Positions 21,901 through 35,454 are shown, counted from the stretch's first letter. The stretch is 64,000 bases of DNA from Lama glama (GCA_028534125.1 CM052837.1:35712001-35776000), one strand, 5' to 3'. Notes: generated from the sequence alone by a model not told the origin. Numbers and translations: made by a program.

Positions 21901-23861
21901 ATCACAAAGCCATCCATCCACGGGAGCAAGCTGGCACCCAGACCATCTCGGGGGCAGAGGGCGGGGCAGGGCTGAGCCCCGGGCGACGCCCCAGAGGCTT
22001 CCCTTCAAACCCAGGCTGGCCAGGCTCCCGCACGTGGGCGGCAAGAAGCAAGTCCTCTCCAAGTGGCGTCTCCCTGAAGACCTGCCGCTCCTCTCTTGGC
22101 CTTTTATGGTGTCCACACTCCGCCCTTCTGAACTCCACCTCAACCGGATGGGTCCCGATACCCAAAGAGAAACCAGCGTACGTTTCGGGAAAAGGAAAGG
22201 CAGCACCTGAGCCTCCAGCTTGTCTATAGTGATGCCTCTTCCCACGTGAGGCTGCAGAACTCAGACACGGGTGCCGAGCCCCTACAAACGTGCCCTCGAG
22301 GGGTGGTGGACGTAAGGCCGCATCGTGCCCCGCTGAGCTGCACCAGGCAGACTGGTTGGATTTGGGGAGGGGATAACGTGCGGGTAACGTGGGTTATGAG
22401 AAACGAATCGAAGTGCAGCTCCCTGGTGGATCTAGACCACCGTGGGCAGGGCTGAGGCTCCGATGGCAACATCTGAGGAATGCTCTAGAACCAGTGACTC
22501 AGCAGCCCCTCCGGACAGTGATGCCAAGCAGGTGCTTCCTGCCAGTGTCCGTCCAACATGGATGCGGTTCACCCAGTAGGTCGCTCCCCGTGCACGCCTG
22601 CCCTTGTCACCCCCGCCTCCTCCGCCGAGTCTTGCTTCTGACGCTTCCTCCCCCAGACGCTGTTCTGGTCGTCACAGTTCCCGGCCTCTCCGTCAGCCCG
22701 AGAGGGAGCTGAGCTGAGTGCCCGGAACTCAGCGTGTCTCATGCAGCATCAGAGCAGGAGCCACGCCGTGCTCCGCGACCTGCAGTGCTCGGTCCCACGG
22801 ACGCAGAAGCATCGGATCTCTGTTTATGTCAGCAAGAGACACGACCAGCCAGGGAGAGAGAAAACGGACTCATCCTGCCTTGGTGCCTGCTCCTTTCCTG
22901 AGAGAGTGAGGGCCCCGCGTAGCGGCCCGTTTCCTCAATGGCCATTATATTTTTTTTTCTTTGATTACCTCTGTAATGGTATTCTTTTATTTACCAACGT
23001 AGAAGAGAAGGCTTTACCGTGCTGCCTCCATCATGTGTGAAATATAGAGCCAGTAACATGGGTCCTTTTATTTGCTTTATGGAAATTGTGATCTTAGACT
23101 GCACATGAAAAATAGAGATAAAATCTATTTCTGACACCGTATTGGCTCTAAAGTGTCAAAGTCTTCTTATTGCTTTAGGAGAGGTGTTTCCTTGTTCATC
23201 TTTCTCGGTTTATTTTCAAAGGCGGCTGTCTCCTGTCAGGACGCTGCTTCCGCGCACCACCAGGCTCTCCCTGCTGCTTCTGGGCTTCCACCAGGGCCTC
23301 CCAAGATGGCTGAGACGGGCAAGCCTGGGGACCCAGGCCAGCTGGATGGCAGGCCAGAGGCACGGCGCGCCACGTGGGCAGCCATGCGCCACGTGCATGC
23401 AGGCTCATGCGCGTTGAGCCCTTTTTAGTAATTTTCAGTGAGAACTGAGCGGCACCCCGATGCTTAGAATATTGAGACATCGAGAGACATGCTCACAGCT
23501 GTGCTTTCAAAGGAGCACTTAGAGTCCGGAGTGATTCGGCCAGAACTGAGTCGCCCGAGCTGGCTACGAGGAAGCTCCGGGTTGCACGTCCCTCTGCTCT
23601 GGGAAGCAAGACGCACCTGCAGGGCGAGGCTCTGCTCCGGCGAAACGGACTGAGTGGGAGTGCGACCAAACTGCACTCAAGCAAGGCGGGGTTGAGCCGG
23701 AGGCGCCCGCCGTCTCTCCTCAACCCCCGTCTCCGGAGTGCATGGCTGCCCCGGCTTCCCGAGGGGAGGAAAGGGCCGAGAAGACCTCCCACCAGAGGGG
23801 CCAGAGCTTGCACGTGCTGATGTGAAACGGGGCTCCCCTGTGGGAAACTCACTTCTTTCTC

Positions 23862-24100
23862 AAAAGTATTTTGTTTGTATGCAGTGTTAAAGGTTACTTT
23901 CCATTTACAGTTATTAGAAACCATTGGCCACATCCCCCGTGTGTGCAATGCACCCTCGAGCCTCGAGCCTGTCTTACGCCCGGTGGTCTGTGCCTCCTGC
24001 TCCCCGCCCCCCCAGACGGCCCCCCAGCCCCCACAACCGCGAGCTCGTCCTCTCCATCCGCGACGCGGCCTCCTTTACGGAAGCTCACTTCTCGTCGCGT
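23862..24100 (-). mobile_element. Cetartiodactyl L1 3' UTR fragment, strongly GC-shifted
   Basis: ttaaaggttactttccatttacagttatta is a recognisable L1 3' UTR string; the downstream part follows the recalled consensus but with many A/T-to-G/C changes. Confidence 0.7.
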
Positions 24101-24809
24101 CAAGTCTCGTGCGGGTTCCCGGCCGTGCTGTAAGCGTCCAGGCTGGGGTCAGACCGCGCCCTGCCTTCCCCAGGGCCCGGTGCTCCGGGAACACAGCCTC
24201 CTCCGATGCCACACGGCGAGGACACCTCTCAGAGCCCTGACGGTGGTGTCGGAGGTCACGGGCTGCAGCTGGAGACGCCCCCTTTCTTCTGAGATGGATG
24301 AATTGAGATTTAGAAAAACGATGAAATAGTGACTCTGGAAAAGCCATCGTGAGAGACCCTGGGTCTCCAAGTCTCTCCCGGCTGTGCGGGGGCCCCCACC
24401 CCGCCCTGGGCCCTGTGGGGCACACCAGCTCTGCCACTCTTGTGGTGGCTGTCGGACGGGGCGGACACTGCTGCTGCCGTGGGGAGGCCCCAGAGCCCGA
24501 TTCTCACATCAGGGGTCGAGGACAGCAGCCCCGTGGTGAGGGGACCACCTGCACCCTGAATACTCGCGTATCAAAAGCCACTGCGCAGGCCACGGCTGGG
24601 CTCGGCGAGGCGCCCTGCATCTCATCACAGCCGGCACCACCTTAGCGATCACTGTCCAGCAGAGCCACTCAGCCAGGAAGGCGTAGCCCCCCATCGGCAG
24701 TTACTTGAGGCACCGCCCTTCCCGCCCACCTCTGCCAGAGGGAAGGAGAAGGCGTCCGGTGCTCTTCAAGAGAAGGATGTCCCTGGATCAGAGCTCCCAG
24801 TGCCCAGTC

Positions 24810-25300
24810 CGTTAATAGAACAACCGGACAGCATTTTTAGCCTCGAATAATCACAGTAAACTGCGCCTGGCATTTTTCACTCATTGAGTCATATTCATAG
24901 AATTGCATTTACATTTTCTGTGCAATAAATCAAAGGCAAGATACCACTGTTTCTAATTCATCTTGCAGACGGCTCTGGTGATATCTTGCCACTGTGAATA
25001 TTTCTAATATCTCTTGAAAGTCCTAAGATAAACGGATCCTGAATGTTGAACGTGGCGGTTATCTTCATCCTGCAAACTTTTATTTCAGGAAAGGTGCTTT
25101 TCTTTTCTTTCCAGTTTCTAAAGGAAGTAATACACAAATTATGTCAAGCAAGCATTAACTGTCAACATTAAAATATTGACTTTGCTCAAACCCTGTCTTA
25201 CAAAGAGAAAACATTAACAATTGAGATCATAAGAAGATCCCGTGCACCAAGCATCTGAATTATGAATCAAAAGATAAAAACGTGGGTGTTTTTTCCTTTT
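24810..25300. promoter_or_regulatory. Candidate enhancer / conserved non-coding element
   Basis: AT-rich non-repeat island inside GC-rich DNA, with TGAGTCA, overlapping ATAAATCA/ATCAAAG (24925-24935) and TGTCAA sites. Confidence 0.4.
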
Positions 25301-26570
25301 CTGCAATCAGCAAAGAACAGGATACTACAAGCCCGAGCGAAAATAAGTGTTTGTGCTCCTGAAGCATTTTACCTGTTTATTCAGCAAAATGAACGCACCC
25401 CTGAGTGCAGCACATGGAACACGGCCGGCAAGGAGCGACCCGTCGGTTGCCCGATAACAACTGGAAATGTAGTAAATTGCCGTTCATTTGTCCTCTGCTA
25501 CTCCAGGACTTGTGCTGCAGGTGAGCTTTGGCTTTAAAAAAAATGTCTTTATAATCTCTATGAGGAAAATTCGATTTAGTAGACAAACCTCAGTACAAAT
25601 CTAATCACCGGGGACACCCACGACCTGTGTAAGAGCACACGCTGCTTCTAAGCAGGATGGAGACATTCTCTCCCTACAAATTCTTATTATATACTCACTG
25701 CGAACCATATTAACCTGTGTTTAATTTCTATTATGAGTAATATGGCTTCTTATAATAAGAAGCCAGTCCCAAGGCACATAAAGTAAAGCGTGAGCTTGTC
25801 TTGGATTGCACGTCTCCGCGGGTGGAGACGGCTCACCGCCGTCCCCGCCTGTTTTTACAAAGTGGGTCCCAGTGAGCACTTCCCTACGGCTGAATTCAAG
25901 TGGAGGTCAACTCGGGGGTAATACAGCTGTTTGTAAATAAACAGAACTTCCCATAAACGTGGAGGCTGGCATCCACCTAAACATGCCCATGGACGGTGTC
26001 TTTCATCTCAGCGACGTCGCTGGGTCTCACTGCGAGGGGGTGAGTTCGGGAGACTTTGCTCTGCGTTTTCTGCTCACTCTCTTAGAATGCACGTGTGCCC
26101 TTGACCCCAAGGCAGAGCCAAACGGGAAGCCGCCTGGAGAGCAGGTGAAGCCCAGGCTGAGGAGAGCTTAGGTTCCCTGAGGGGATGAGGAAGAGGCAGT
26201 GCCTTTGAAAGTGAGGAAGCAGAGGTGGCTGGAGGATGCAGATGAAGGTGAAGGTGCAGGTCCTGAGGGGTCAGGGGTCCGGGTCCTGCCCTCGCACGGG
26301 ATATAGCCCCAGGGATGCCCCCTGGGAGGCTGGTGTCCAGAGGTGGGGCTTCCAACGCCAGCTGAGATTTACAGCCTGAGCTTGGGTGGAAGCTTCAGAG
26401 AGGCCCCTTCAAGGAACCGAGGCCCCTGGACAGTGACCGGTGAAGGCCAGGTCGGGAGGTGGCTCCCCAGATTTGGACCCTGCAACCCCACCCGCACACA
26501 CACCTTAGCACTGACCTGGGGTAGGGTGGACTCTCTCAGTGATGCCATTGGATCACCTACCTTGGGGGCT

Positions 26571-26990
26571 TGTGTTTGTCAAGGTTCCCTGAAGAAACAG
26601 ACCAATAAAACGCATAGTGCATGAGAGAGATTTATTATAGAGAATTGGCTCCCATGATTATGGAGGTTGGAAGGTCCCCAGATTTGCAGTCAATGAGCTG
26701 GAGACCCAAGAGGAGTGGAAGTTTCAGTGCAAGTCTGGAGGCAGGAAAGGACCGGCATCCCAGCTCAGCAGTCAGGCAGACAGTGGTCCTCTTACTCAGC
26801 CTCTCTGCTTTATTCAGGCCTTCAACTGATGGGACGAGACCCACCCTCATGGGGAAGGGCAATCTGCTCTCTTCAGCTCACCCATCCAGACATGCATCTC
26901 AGCCAAAAACACCCTCGCAGACACCCAGAATAACGTTTGACCACTTATCTGGGCATTTCATCCAACCAACACCTAAAATTCACCACTACA
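26571..26990 (-). mobile_element. ERVL solo LTR (MLT2-like)
   Basis: tgtgtttgtcaaggttccctgaagaaacagaccaata...gagatttattatagagaattggctcccatgattatggagg...ttcaggccttcaactgat...aagggcaatctgct...aaaattcaccactaca. Weak 5-bp flanks gggct/gagcc. Confidence 0.88.
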
Positions 26991-28974
26991 GAGCCCGTTA
27001 ATGATGCCACGTGTCTCAAAGGAAAGGATGTGCTGTTTGGATCTTACCTGCCTTTGTCTGCAGAGCTGGATTAGCCTTTTTGCAGCAGCAAATGGGTGTT
27101 GCTCTTCCTCATGTGTCATAGGATGTGGAAGTGGCCTCCTTCCATCCTCCTGTTCCCATCTGCCACCTCCTCCTCCAGTCTGGCCTTTGTGGAGTCAACT
27201 CCCTGGGATATGCTGCACTGTATGCAAAGCAAACAGTAGCAAAAACAGCTCTCTTTCTGCAAGTCACAGAGGCAAGGAAGCTGTGGGAGCGTTTAGCTGA
27301 CGGCGAGATGGAACAGGAACAATAAATCATGTGCCCTTTCTAAGCATCATAAACATAAAGTTGGAACTGCTGGCCCCACATCTAGATCCTGTAGCCAACA
27401 GGGCAGCAGGCAGCCCGATGGCTGTGCGGGGGCGCCTCCATCATTTCCGGATGCTCTGTCAGGCCCAGGACAGACCTCAGGAAGAGGAGCCATGTGCCTC
27501 CATGTGCGTCCGCCCACTAATTACATCCCGCCTTACTCAGCGACTGTTCACTAACAGCGATGCTCCTGGACGTGCTGGGGCCTGGGCTGGTCAAACAGAA
27601 GCAGAACTGCCTCTGCCCCTGCTGGTACTGACAGCAGGCCCTGGGGTTCTGTCCCCTTCCGATGCATCCCCCCAAACAGCAGGAGCTTTTCCAAGTCTGG
27701 ATGGCAGAGTCCAGTCCTGCCCTCCTGCAGCACCGGGGTCCCTGCCAGCATGTCTGCGAGGCCCCCCAGGTCTGGCCTGGGTCCACAGGGCTCATGTGGA
27801 GCTGGGGGAGCAAGGAGCTCTTCATGGTGGCGTCAGGGCTGAAACTTCTCCCTCCAAAGTGGGAGTGGGGGATGCCTGGCTCACAGTCAGAATCCAGGCA
27901 GCTGGAAGGAACCTCTGGGGTTGGTTCTTGCTGCCAGCGCCCATGGGGACTACAGTGTCACCGCCTGCCCAGACACTGGAGCCACCAAGGATCCTGGGAG
28001 CCCTGCCTTAGTGTGTTCAGCCAGGGGAAGGCAGCACTGCCCAGGCCCAGGCCCCCCGCAGCACACACTGTCTTCCGTGGCCCACGCCTGCTGCCAGAGT
28101 GGCCTGGCCACAACCAGCCCTCAGTGTCAACCACCCCTGCCACTTGGCCCACTCACCTCGCCGCAAGGGAGTGCCGGCGGGTCTTCCTGCCCCTGATTCC
28201 TCTGTCTCAGGGGCTCCGTGACCACCCTTGCAGGAGACTGACTGAGTCAGTCCACATGACCCCTTTCAGTGACTGGGTGCCTCGGAGATGACCTCGGGGT
28301 CACCTTCACAGCAGGTGCACAGGATGGCTGCTTCCCAGGATGGAGGCTCCACCAGAGCTGAGACCGTAGGCACCCTGGTGACCCTTTACCACCAGGCCCT
28401 CCACCCAGGAAGACCTGGAGCAGGTGGCCGACCAGCCCTGAGCAGCGAGTTGCTTGTGGTTACACTGCTCAGGTGCCAAGTGCTCGGGGATCCTTCAGAC
28501 ACATCTGTCTGTGCAAGAACACACCCACTTCCGTGGCTTTTCTGCTGAAAGCCAGCTCCGCTCACTTGCAAACTTGTCAGGGATAAAGTCTTTGAGCAGG
28601 ACGCAGTAAAAGGGAATCGGCCGCCACTAAATGCACACTTGTCCCCAAGCCGCGGCATTCCTTGCACAAGCCCGGGGCCAGGGCCCCGTGTCAGGCCACG
28701 CCTGGCCACAGGCCTGCTGGGGTCGGGGGGAGGCGGGAGAGCTGGGGGCGGGCGTGTTTTCCCGGTTGGCCAGAGGCTAGAGCTCGGACAAGTCTAGTGC
28801 TTAACCAGACACCGTCCAACGGTGGGTCACTCCAGCCCCTGCTCCCCCCACCTCGCAGTGAACACCTGGGCTCCAGGTGGAGCCCTTGCTTCTGCCCGGA
28901 CGCTCCGTCCCAGCACAAAACCTCCTCGTCTGCGGAGGGGGAGGAAATGAAGCTGTCTCCTTCACAAACAGCGT

Positions 28975-29125
28975 TTCCTCCGTAATTAAAATGAAGAAGT
29001 GTCCCGGCGGCTGTCAGAGCAGGTCTAATCATCGCGCTGAGCGAGGCCCCCGAAGAGACGATAAATCACCGCGCTGACGATGATTACCGTGATTAACAAA
29101 AAGGGATCGTAATTAGCGCGTGCAC
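28975..29125. promoter_or_regulatory. Candidate homeodomain/MEIS enhancer
   Basis: TAATTA twice, CTGTCA, TAATCA, ATAAATCA and TGATTA twice within 150 bp. Confidence 0.45.
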
Positions 29126-31254
29126 TTCAGCCGGACCACATCCAAAGGGTCTTAAAATAGCCCACATCGCGATGGCAGAGAGGTCCTCCTGCAGGAGTCC
29201 AGCCGGCAGAGGGGGCCCGGCCAGCTTCGGCCCGGCCAACGGCGTGTGAGTCCATTCGGTGCCGAAGAACCTGGCTCTGGGGTCTTGAGCGCTTGTCCTG
29301 GACTCCAGGTCCTTTGGGAGCCAACGGCGTTTCCGTCCAGGAAGGGAGGCACCGGAGGTGAAACGGCCTCACCGCCATGAGGCCAGCAGCCTGCCCGGCC
29401 CTTTTCCACGCAGGCGGGCATCCACGCCGCCCACTCCTCCAGCCCTGCCCCGCGCTCCTGAGCCTCGCCTGGGACCCCGGCAGCCCGTCCCCAGCTGCGG
29501 CGCGGAACTGCTCAGCGGGGGGCCGGCCCCGGTTCTCCGACTGCACCGAACCTGCTGCTTTCGGGAGGTGCCCGTGGAGCCTGCCTGGCCTTGCTTATGT
29601 GTGAGCCAGATGGTGAGGGGCCTGTGTCTCTGACTCAGCCAGGCGGCCGGTCGTCCTGAGGCAGGGGCTCACCTGGACTGTTGCTTGGCTGAGAACGGCA
29701 GCATCTCTGGGCGCCAAGGCCCCCGCTGTCCCCTCGGCTGAGCTCAGGAGGGCGGACAGTCCAGATCCTCCTTCCACTGTGAGCGGGGACCTTCTCCACT
29801 GGTGGGCTGGTCCCTGTACTGCCAACATCACATCAGCAGCTGGTCAGCGCTGGGCTGCCTGGGAGAGGGGAAGACCGCTCTGCTCCCGGGGCCAGAGGCT
29901 CCGGGCGGATGTCTGACCTCCCCGGCTCAGGCGAGGCAGGTGCAGCCCCCGCATTCGGAGGCCTGCATGGATGAGGAAGGCCTCTGCGGGCTGAGCCCGG
30001 CCCTCCAGGCGGGTCCCAGGAGCCAGAGAGCAGACCTCACAGCTGCAGACCCAGGAGGACAAGGTTGCTTTGCCTGAAAGAGTGTTGAATCTGCAAAGTG
30101 AAGAGAAACAGGCGGGAGGTGTTGGGAGCGACATCTGGGCCCTCTTCGCCGCGTGCTGGAAAGCCGTGTGTGTGTGTGTGTTTCCACAGCGGCCGCCCCC
30201 TTCCCCACGCAGCTGCTTGGCTGGAAAACAAAAGGAAGCCAAAGAGAGAGATGATGGTGACGATGATTGTTCTCACGTCCGTTAACAGTACCGCAGGCAC
30301 CGACCTCCCCATCAGTAGAAGCAGCTTCAGACTCAAAGGAGGCCACGTAGACAGACCCCAGGCAGACCACGGTGGCCCTGGAAAGGCGAGGGCTGGCAGG
30401 CCAGGGCTCTTTGGATGTCGGTGGTGCTGCCTTCCCGGAGGGGGGCTCCATCCTCTCCCTGGCAGCCCCTCCCATCCTCTCCCATCACCTCAAGTCCTGA
30501 TTTGTCCAGCTGTCGCCTCTTCCAGCTCCATTCAAGTCCCCGTCATTCTGCCTGGCTGCACTGGTGTTTCCAGTGCCTTTGGGAAGACCCAGGGACTTCT
30601 GCAATCCTAATTGTCCACAGATTTCAGTTCCCCACACCCTAGCCCTCCAAGGAGTTCAAGACCTGGCACCTTGTTGCCCAACCAGAGGCGCTGGACAACA
30701 TCGATGTGTACTCGTGTTCCATCACCCAAAAGGGTCAGCACAGTTACCCAGAACCCAAAAGGGATGTCAGGGGCAAGGCTCCCTGTAGGACAAAGCACCT
30801 GCTGGCCAGGTGCAGGGGGCGGTGGGTGAGCGTGGGCGGCACTGGGAAAAGTGCGGGCAATGGGGCACACAAATATTTGTTTCACAATCCGGACAGTCAA
30901 GGACAGTCATGCCAGGTAATTACCACCCAGATATATCAGAGCCGTGCAGAGCACCACAGGGCACGTCCTGGAAACACAAGAGGCTGGCAGGGGTCACCCA
31001 CAGGCGCTCAGGAAACCCAAACGCCGTGAGAACCTCGTGACCCCGGGGGCTCCAGCTGCGCTTGCCACGTTGATAGGATGCAGGTGCTTCGCCTAGTCTG
31101 TTCCACGGAGGGGAAGTCAGGCTGATTAGGAGTTAAAGTGCACCCCGTGTTCCATATAGCGACTCTATTTCTCCTTCTCATTTCAGGGGGAGCCTGTGTG
31201 TGGGGGCACGAGGCAGCCCTCGGAAGGGCATCATTGTGGGATTTACGGTCTTGG

Positions 31255-31635
31255 CGGTAACACTGGAATTACACCAGCTCCCACTCCCACGTCCACGCAC
31301 AGAAGAACTGAAACCAGAGCTCAGGTACTTTACACGAGCTCTGTTGGCATCAGCCAAGCAGGGGAAACAACTCAAGTGCTGGATAAACAAAAGGGGGTCT
31401 ATCCATCCAAGGGAGCACTGTCATCCACAGAAGGGAACGGAAGTCTGGCAGATGCCGAAACATGGGCGAACATTAAAGGCGTGGCGCTTGGTGAGATAAA
31501 CCAGACACAAAAGGGCAGATCCTGTGTGACTCTGCTCATATGAAGTAGCCAGAATTAGGGAGGTGCAGAGACAGGTCGGTCTGGAGTGTGGGGCGGGGAT
31601 GGAGAGCTATGTTGAAAAGGGACAGCGCTGCAGCA
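31255..31635 (+). mobile_element. L1MB-like 3' end fragment
   Basis: agaagaactgaaa...ggaaacaactcaagtg...ggataaacaaaa...aaacatgggcgaacattaaaggcgtggcgcttggtgagataaaccagacacaaaagggcagatcctgtgtgactc. Confidence 0.8.
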
Positions 31636-34600
31636 AACCTTGTTTTTAACACACCCTTGCACACTCGCGCTGGCACACCTGTAGGACAGAACTCACCCGT
31701 GACCTGAAGGAACACCAGGGGAGACACAGTGTTCTCTTCTCTCTAAATTAAATTCTTCCAGAGAAATGGGCTCGGGCGTCAGGGCAGCCACGCCTGCATG
31801 AAGCTCGTCCGAGTGCCAGCCCGGAGCTCCGCATCCACCTGACGTGTTCCCCCAGACTGTCGACGTTCATCAGCCTCAACTGATAATTGTTTGACGAGCT
31901 ACATGTTGTCATAATGTCTGCGATACTGTCTCGAAGGAGGTGACATAATATTGTGACACTGTACGTAACTCCTGTGAAATCTTAATAACCACTGCACGCC
32001 GAAGGTCACGGGCTCCCAGCCCCGCGGAAGCCCCGCACGCGGCAGCATCTTTGCTGACGACAGACGGCCTCTGCTCGGGAGGGGCCGCAGCTTTAGGGAG
32101 GGCGCTAAATCCTGTCACTCCTCACCATGCTTCTTTTGTGAACAGGGCAGGACATGTCTTGCCTTTGAAATAGCCAATTAGAAATAGAGAGCGGGGAACT
32201 GAAGTGGGCTTCCCCAGATCTACGTCTTTCTCCCTCCTGTCTTAGAAGACTAAAACATTCCAATTAAGATTTGATGACTGAATGGCTTTACCTAAGGAAA
32301 TACGTATGAAGTCAGAATGTTCTCTCACTTACCCTCTACGACAGCAAGATGTGCTTTTAAACATAAGGACGAGGGTTCCAGAGACTCATACAAAGACAGG
32401 GTTGCATTCTTTTCCTTCTAGCCCACTTGGCCCGGATAGATTCACGGGAAGCTTGATTTATTTTGCAAAGTGGGTGTCATCCACAGCCTGAAGTGTTTAA
32501 AAATCAGTCATTCCATCTAATTAGATCTCTCAGCAGCTCTGAAAGTTAATATTACACCATCGCGACACTAATGAGCACCGTGGTGTGGGGCGGTGGGTGG
32601 AGAGGGGCAGCTGCGCGGGCACCTTGGGAGCAGGAGACGGGGGCGGCGGGCTGGTATGTGTGGCGTGGTCTCAGTCTCGTTTTCGTGACTTAATCCAGGA
32701 GCCTGTTTTAACAAGACCCCATACATCAGAGAGCTCTGGCTATTTAGCTTGCTCCATTTGGGGAGAAAAAGGAAAAAAATACATAACCAATCATGACTCC
32801 ACAGAATCGACATGCCATTTCCTCACCTTTTTTCAAAACCCCGAGTTTGCAGCATCCACCTCATTAAAAAGCCTCTAAGCAGGTTGAGGATCTGGGTCCT
32901 ACATATATTAATAAAATCATTGATTTTCACTGAGCCGACTTTGCACCAGCACTGGGAAACCCAACAACACAGTGTGAAAACGCTGCTCGTGTCAATTTCC
33001 ACTGTACCCTGTTAATATCCAGTTTTGAGGGCACATCTTTTATCTGCGGAAGCAAATTGCTAGAGAAGCAATGGCCACTGGCGTTCTGGGTTTCCAGTTC
33101 CAGTCTGGGTCCTCACGGAACATTTATAGGAAAGAGCTTCTAAATTTGTCCATATCCCATGTTGTCTGGGCATTTACCATACATTTAGACACATCTGTGA
33201 CTTTATTTTTTAAAATGATGGCCCATATGAATTCAAAACGCGATGACTCGAGGGCACACACATCAAATAGATGTTTCACTGAAGGCTTAAAAATGAAAGG
33301 CAGAGGGGGAGACGCGGCAGACCCACCGGAAAACACAAGCCTGCATGATCTTTAGCGTTTTGTACCGGTCCCTCTCAACCAACAGCCGAAAGCTGTAAGC
33401 TCTCTAGACTGGGGATTAACACAAATGACTCTGGGAGATAAGCAGGGGATTAAGGACCCTGGTGGGAGAGTTCAGGGAAACCAGCTGTCCTCGGGAACTA
33501 CTGATGGAATGCTGAGTCAAGTATCGTCAGCGCCAAGGACAGAGTGCGGACCGGAGCGGTCAATAAAAGCTCGGTACGTTTTTACACGCAACTGTTGCAA
33601 AGGGCGCTAAGCAGTCACTCTGTGAAACGGATTGCTCGGGGCTGAGTGCGTCTGAAGCTCCCAGTGTGTCTCAGCGTGTGTATAAAGTACAGCAAAACGG
33701 GGGAACAGACAGTAGAGCAGTGATGGGAGAAAACTGAGAAGACCTGTCAAACCAGGCTGCTCGTGGGAGTGACCCGGGTGACGACGGGCGATGAGGCAGA
33801 GCCCTGAAGTGCGTACCTGGACGGACGAACAAAAACAAGGTGAAAACGTGTGAGCCTCCAACTCGCGGCGTCCAGAGCGGGCGCTCAGAACACTCAGCCC
33901 GTCTAGATGGGCTCCGTGGAGGCGCTTAGGTCCGGCCGGGCTGCGGGGCACGTGGGGGCGGGGCGCAGGCCGGGTTTGTGCTGCGCTGTGCATGTGGCTT
34001 TTTAATGACCTGTCAATGTTTAAGACTGGGGAGATTTCACGTAAAGTATCTGGATTCCCGGCTTTTCCTGGAAAATTAAGATCTGGCAGCGCTGTGGCCT
34101 CCTTCCCACATGACCAGAAGGGGCTGGAGGGACGGGGAGGGAGGAGAGAGTTCCCCTCTGTCCTCTGCGCGCCAGGTGCGCCGCGCTGGCCTCCACGCCC
34201 TGCCTGACCTCGGCGACGCTGGATTTGAGGCCTCCTGTTTGAGAGCGCACGTACGCGTGAGTTGCGCCTTCTTCCCTGAGGGACCGATGAGGCAGCTCAG
34301 TGTCATGTGGTCCGGGGGCTGGAAAACGTCGGCTGCCCGGTCCTTGTGGGTTTACGTACAGTGTCGGCCTTCTTTACGGACCGTTGTAAAGCTTACATCA
34401 CGATCTCAGGGGTTTGTGAGCTCCATGCTGCACAGGGAGGAGATAAATTCCTCATCTTCCTGAAAGGCTCACAGGGCAACTGGAGCCTCACCCGGATCAG
34501 GTAAACAAAATTGTCCTCTAACTCGAATGGGGGGAAAGGAGAGTGTTAGCAAAGTCCTTATCATTCTATTTTCAACTTTCCTGCTACTAAGTTTGACTGG

Positions 34601-35037
34601 TTTTTCCAGGGACGAGATTGTTACAGGGCGACTTGAAAATGAACCCAGCAGAAACCACTGTTCAGGGTTTATAACAGAAACATTTTAAAATTTAATCACC
34701 AGCGAAGGATTGAAGCATGCAGTTCGGAAGCTGTGATTTTTTTTTTTTTTTGGCCATTTACTTTCCATGAAAAGCGTGGCCCTGCTCCTCAGCCTGACTG
34801 TCTAACTGCACGGCTGCGGAAGCCATTGCGAGGGGAGCCAGTGACCTCGGGCACTGCCTGCCTCCTGGGTGTGGGCCTAGGGCACCACACCGACCACGCT
34901 GCTGAGAGGGAGGCGGAGCTCCCTGCACTGGAAGACGAGGCGGGTGTTCCAAGGTGGCCTGGAGCCTGGCTCTGTGACGAGGCCCCGTCCAAGGGCTCGT
35001 CTGCTCGGCTGGGAGGAAGTGGGCTTCAGAAACCTTC

Positions 35038-35255
35038 CAGTTACACGCACACATATACACACAGATACATGTACATGTTCCTTTTCACACTCCTCCACCA
35101 GAGGCTATTACAAGATATTGAATGCAGTTCCCTGTGCTGCACAGCAGGACCTTATTGTGTATCTGTTTTATATAAAGCAGTTTGTATCTGCTAATCCCAA
35201 ACTCCTCATTTATCCCTCCCTCCCCCTTGCCCCCGGTAACCATTAGTTTGTTTTC
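35038..35255 (-). mobile_element. Lineage-specific L1 3' UTR fragment
   Basis: ttacaagatattgaatgcagttccctgtgctgcacagcaggacctta...ctaatcccaaactcctcatttatccctccc; directly alignable by eye to the copy at 13150-13300. Confidence 0.88.
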
Positions 35256-35454
35256 AATTAAAAAAAAGGAAGCCGTCCGTTCCGTGACGGTCTCTCCGGG
35301 ACCGATGTGCCTTACTGACCGGCAGAAAGTCCTCATGAGCACCTCCGGTGGGGGTGGCCACCGACGTAACACGCTTAAAGTGAAGCACGGCCCACAGCAC
35401 GCGGTGGGCAGGAGCCGGCCCTCCACGCTGAGCAGCTGCCGTTGCGGGTAACAG

